Under the pieces are notes generated by a model. That model made no database searches. It saw nothing but the letters and a program-made list of their open reading frames with translations, and was not told the origin of the DNA. Shown here piece after piece: positions 23,435 to 26,450 of a stretch of DNA of 26,450 nt (position 1 is its first letter; each line of letters begins with the position of its first letter). The DNA is taken from the IMG/VR virus record IMGVR_UViG_3300023371_004674; one strand, written 5' to 3'. The stretch comes from an uncultured virus (IMG/VR IMGVR_UViG_3300023371_004674). Its lineage: Duplodnaviria; Heunggongvirae; Uroviricota; Caudoviricetes. A program made the position numbers and the translations under genes.

Positions 23435-25156
23435 ATGAGCAGTTACATTTCCGATGCGATCTCTACCCAAAAGGTCGCCATATATATTCGAGTCTCAACT
23501 GCTATGCAGATTGACAAAGACTCTTTACAAGTACAAAAGCGTGAGCTTACAGCATACTCCGAGATGGTTCTCGGCATAAAGGATTATGTCATATTCGAAG
23601 ATCCCGGCTACTCTGCAAAGAACACCGACCGCCCCGACTATCAACGTATGATGGAGCGTCTCCGCACAGGTGAGTTCTCTCATCTTCTCGTATGGAAGAT
23701 TGACCGTATCAGCAGAAACCTACTCGACTTCGCACAGATGTATGCCGAGCTGAAGCGTCTCGGTGTTGCGTTCGTGTCAAAGAACGAGCAGTTCGATACA
23801 AGCTCGGCAATAGGCGAGGCTATGCTGAAAATCATTCTCGTTTTTGCGGAGCTGGAGCGTAATATGACCTCCGAGCGTGTTACGGCAGTAATGCTTTCGA
23901 GAGCGAACAACGGTCAGTGGAACGGCGGCAGGGTTCCATACGGTTACAAATGGGATAAAGAGGCGAAGGAATTCTCCCTCATCGAATCCGAGGCGAAAAT
24001 CGTCCGCACCATCTACGATATGTACGAGGAATATCAATCTCTCGCCTACATCTGCCGTTGGCTTAACGAGAACAACTACCCAACAAAGAACGGCAAGGAA
24101 TGGAGCATTACCACAATCCACAAAATTCTGACAAATCCTTTTTACAACGGCTCATACCTATACAATGTTTACAAGGACGGAAAGGCTGTCAGCAAGCGAA
24201 AGCCAGACGACTGGATCGTGTTCGAGGATCATCACATAGCAATCGTAACTGTGGAGAGGTTCGACCGCATACAGTTCCTCCTGAAGCGTAACCGCAGGGG
24301 TGGAGTTCCCGAAACCGAAAGCTATGTGAGGAAGAATATCCACATCTTTGCAGGTATCACAAAATGCGGTGTCTGCGGAGCTCTTATGTCCGCCACGCTC
24401 GATAAGCGAAGAGCGGACGGATGGCGACCTTCCATTTACGGCTGTTCACGTCGAAGGAAGAACTCGTCTGTATGCTCGAACAAATACGTCTCCGATGCTG
24501 CATTAGGTCCGTTCGTGTTCAACTATGTCGCAAACATCATACGAGTCAAAAATTCTGGCAAAAAATATTCCCCTGAAACACTCGGCAAAAAGCTCCTTCA
24601 GGGAACAGCTTTCTTCTCGGTCGATCACATAGGAGCTTCGGGCCTCGAACAGCTATCTGATCTCTTGGCTCGTGGTGAGAGTGGTCTTGAATACAAGCCA
24701 TCTTATATCGTGGAAGAAACTGATGCCAAAGTGAGCGAGTACGAGATGCTTCGAGAAAAGCATCGCAAGCTGCAAACCGCTATGAACCGATTGCAGACAG
24801 TGTTCCTATACAACGAAGCAGAGACACCTCCGACCGAGTTCATTTTGGAGAGGGAGAAGATCACGAGCGAAATGTCCGCCATCGAGAAGCGAATGACTGA
24901 GCTCGGCGGAGAAGCGTTCGGAGACAAGATCACCGATGAATCGTTCCTGAAGAAAGCAAGCTATTTCATTATGGTCGAGAAACTGCTCGATGCAAAGAAC
25001 ATCGACTACGAGAAATACATTCGTGGCATAGACGAGCAGGTGCCGAGAAACTTTATCCTGAGCATCATCGAGAGAATAGATGTCACTGACGGTTGCGTGT
25101 CGGCGATCACATTCAAGAACGGAATGAAGCACGAATTTTTCTACAAAGAGCAATAA
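23435..25156 (+). CDS. Large serine recombinase (phage integrase)
   Basis: VAIYIRVST (catalytic Ser), DPGYSAKNTDRP, DRISRN, FAELER, GGRVPYGY, Zn ribbon CGVCG..C..C, coiled coil; ATG 23435 behind GAGGAGG. Confidence 0.95.
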   Translation: MSSYISDAISTQKVAIYIRVSTAMQIDKDSLQVQKRELTAYSEMVLGIKDYVIFEDPGYSAKNTDRPDYQRMMERLRTGEFSHLLVWKIDRISRNLLDFAQMYAELKRLGVAFVSKNEQFDTSSAIGEAMLKIILVFAELERNMTSERVTAVMLSRANNGQWNGGRVPYGYKWDKEAKEFSLIESEAKIVRTIYDMYEEYQSLAYICRWLNENNYPTKNGKEWSITTIHKILTNPFYNGSYLYNVYKDGKAVSKRKPDDWIVFEDHHIAIVTVERFDRIQFLLKRNRRGGVPETESYVRKNIHIFAGITKCGVCGALMSATLDKRRADGWRPSIYGCSRRRKNSSVCSNKYVSDAALGPFVFNYVANIIRVKNSGKKYSPETLGKKLLQGTAFFSVDHIGASGLEQLSDLLARGESGLEYKPSYIVEETDAKVSEYEMLREKHRKLQTAMNRLQTVFLYNEAETPPTEFILEREKITSEMSAIEKRMTELGGEAFGDKITDESFLKKASYFIMVEKLLDAKNIDYEKYIRGIDEQVPRNFILSIIERIDVTDGCVSAITFKNGMKHEFFYKEQ

Positions 25157-25160
25157 GAAA

Positions 25161-25195
25161 AGGCAGTCGGGATTTTCTTCCTGACTGCCTATTTT
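25161..25195 (+). terminator. Terminator after the integrase (possibly bidirectional)
   Basis: AGGCAGTCGGGA / TCCTGACTGCCT stem followed by ATTTT and preceded by an A-run. Confidence 0.75.
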
Positions 25196-25376
25196 CGACC
25201 TATTTTCGCCCCAAAATCGCCCTGAAAAAATAGGGCAAAATCATACACATCGGGTTCGATGGGGATTAAAGATTTCCGTTTTTCTCGACTTACTGCGAAA
25301 TTCATTTCTACCAAAAGTGCCGAAAAAGCCTTGAAATACAAGGGATTTTACGTATTTTGGCTAAAAACGATTTCTT

Positions 25377-26450
25377 TTATCCTATAAACATCGCGTCGCC
25401 AAAGGAGAAAAATCTGTATTTTTCTTCTACAGCGGTCTTATATGCTTCCATTATTTTTTCTTTGCTGTAAAGCGCCGAAACAAGCATCAGCAGTGTACTT
25501 TCGGGCAAATGAAAATTGGTTATCAGCGCATCGACTGCCTTGAATTTGTAACCCGGATATATAAATATTCCCGTATCTCCGCTCATTTCGGGGATATGTC
25601 CGTTTTCTTCCGCAACACTTTCAATTGTGCGGCATGACGTTGTTCCTACGCAAATAAGCCGTCCTCCCTTGGCTTTTCGCTCATTTATTATCTCAGCGCT
25701 TTCCTTTGAAACGCTGAAATACTCGGTGTGCATTATATGCTCGTCAATGCGCTCTGCCTTAACCGGTCGAAAGGTTCCGAGTCCAACGTGAAGCATTACG
25801 GGAGCAATAGCCACGCCCTTATCCCTTATCCTTTGCAAAAGCTCCGGGGTGAAGTGCAATCCGGCAGTAGGCGCCGCCGCGCTTCCCTCTTCTCTTGCAT
25901 ATACGGTCTGATATCTTGAATTATCTCCAAGCTGTTCGGTAATATACGGGGGAAGGGGCATCATTCCCACAATAGACAATATTTCGTATATATTAGAATA
26001 CTTGTCCCTGTCGTAGGTGAATTTTATGAGTCTGTTTCCTTCCTCGACAATATCGACCACCTCGCCCTTGAGTATTCCCTTTCCAAAAACCGAGCGCATT
26101 CCGATCTTCGCTCTCTTTCCGGGACGAACAAGGGTCTCCCATGTGTCTATATCTCTCTGACGGAGAAGCAAAAGCTCAAGCGTTGCTTCTTCTCTACCCT
26201 CTACGTATCCGTATATTCTGGCGGGTATGACCTTTGAATCGTTTATTACAAGAACGTCATTGGGCTCAAGATAATCAACTATATCGTAAAAATGCTTATG
26301 TTCTATGCTTCCGATCTCGCGATCAAGAACCATCAGCCTTGAATGGTCCCGCTTCTCTGCGGGATGCTGAGCTATAAGCTCATCCGGCAGGTCGTAGAAG
26401 AAATCCGAGGTTTTAAGGTCGGTTGCCTTTTTTTCGTTGGTTATTATCAT
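25377..26450 (-). CDS. queA: S-adenosylmethionine:tRNA ribosyltransferase-isomerase (host gene)
   Basis: [82 protein letters not shown]. Confidence 0.98.
   Translation of the reverse strand: MIITNEKKATDLKTSDFFYDLPDELIAQHPAEKRDHSRLMVLDREIGSIEHKHFYDIVDYLEPNDVLVINDSKVIPARIYGYVEGREEATLELLLLRQRDIDTWETLVRPGKRAKIGMRSVFGKGILKGEVVDIVEEGNRLIKFTYDRDKYSNIYEILSIVGMMPLPPYITEQLGDNSRYQTVYAREEGSAAAPTAGLHFTPELLQRIRDKGVAIAPVMLHVGLGTFRPVKAERIDEHIMHTEYFSVSKESAEIINERKAKGGRLICVGTTSCRTIESVAEENGHIPEMSGDTGIFIYPGYKFKAVDALITNFHLPESTLLMLVSALYSKEKIMEAYKTAVEEKYRFFSFGDAMFIG

Larger units (their letters stand above)
1..25376. mobile_element. Prophage (integration, lysogeny, replication, early accessory and start of late region); continues beyond the left edge
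   Basis: Canonical temperate-phage order: integrase, cI/cro, Bet, Rep, DnaC-like, RusA, SSB, ArpU-like, YopX. Abuts host queA. The right boundary is approximate. Confidence 0.93.

Noticed and set aside
23186..23514. ORFs 23308-23514 (+, poly-Leu/Val) and 23186-23407 (-, TLTVT)
   Set aside because: Translations of the hexamer repeat, overlapping real genes and lacking an RBS.
1..26450. tRNA genes, reverse transcriptase/DGR, toxin-antitoxin pair around AbrB
   Set aside because: No cloverleaf, RT motifs or template/variable repeat pair seen by eye; the AbrB neighbour is RtcB, not a toxin.

Overview
This window is the integrase-proximal 25 kb of a temperate phage (Clostridia-like host, inferred), inserted at or just beyond the 3' end of host queA (25377-26450, minus strand). 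From right to left it carries: (1) a large serine recombinase; (2) a cI-like repressor translationally coupled to a NucS-like PD-(D/E)xK nuclease; (3) a divergent cro/cII-like switch with a recurring 14-bp operator; (4) a recombination and replication module (exonuclease, Gp157-like, Bet/RecT, Rep with iterons, DnaC-like loader, RusA, SSB, DUF5131) ending in an ArpU/RinA-like late activator and a terminator; (5) a separately promoted 9-kb block of about 25 small genes including RtcB, a HAD RNA-repair-type phosphatase, ASCH, YopX and an AbrB fusion; (6) a putative late promoter with seven 10-bp-phased repeats. The first genes after that promoter are a ParB-like protein, a DegT-family sugar aminotransferase and an FnlA/CapE-type UDP-GlcNAc dehydratase (missed by the ORF track, truncated by the window edge). 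The best candidate for a new system is this phage late-operon amino-sugar pathway. Other candidates are an origin-like cassette upstream of the integrase, the dispersed RNA-repair set and the repressor-coupled nuclease. All family assignments come from motif recognition by eye; no searches were run.
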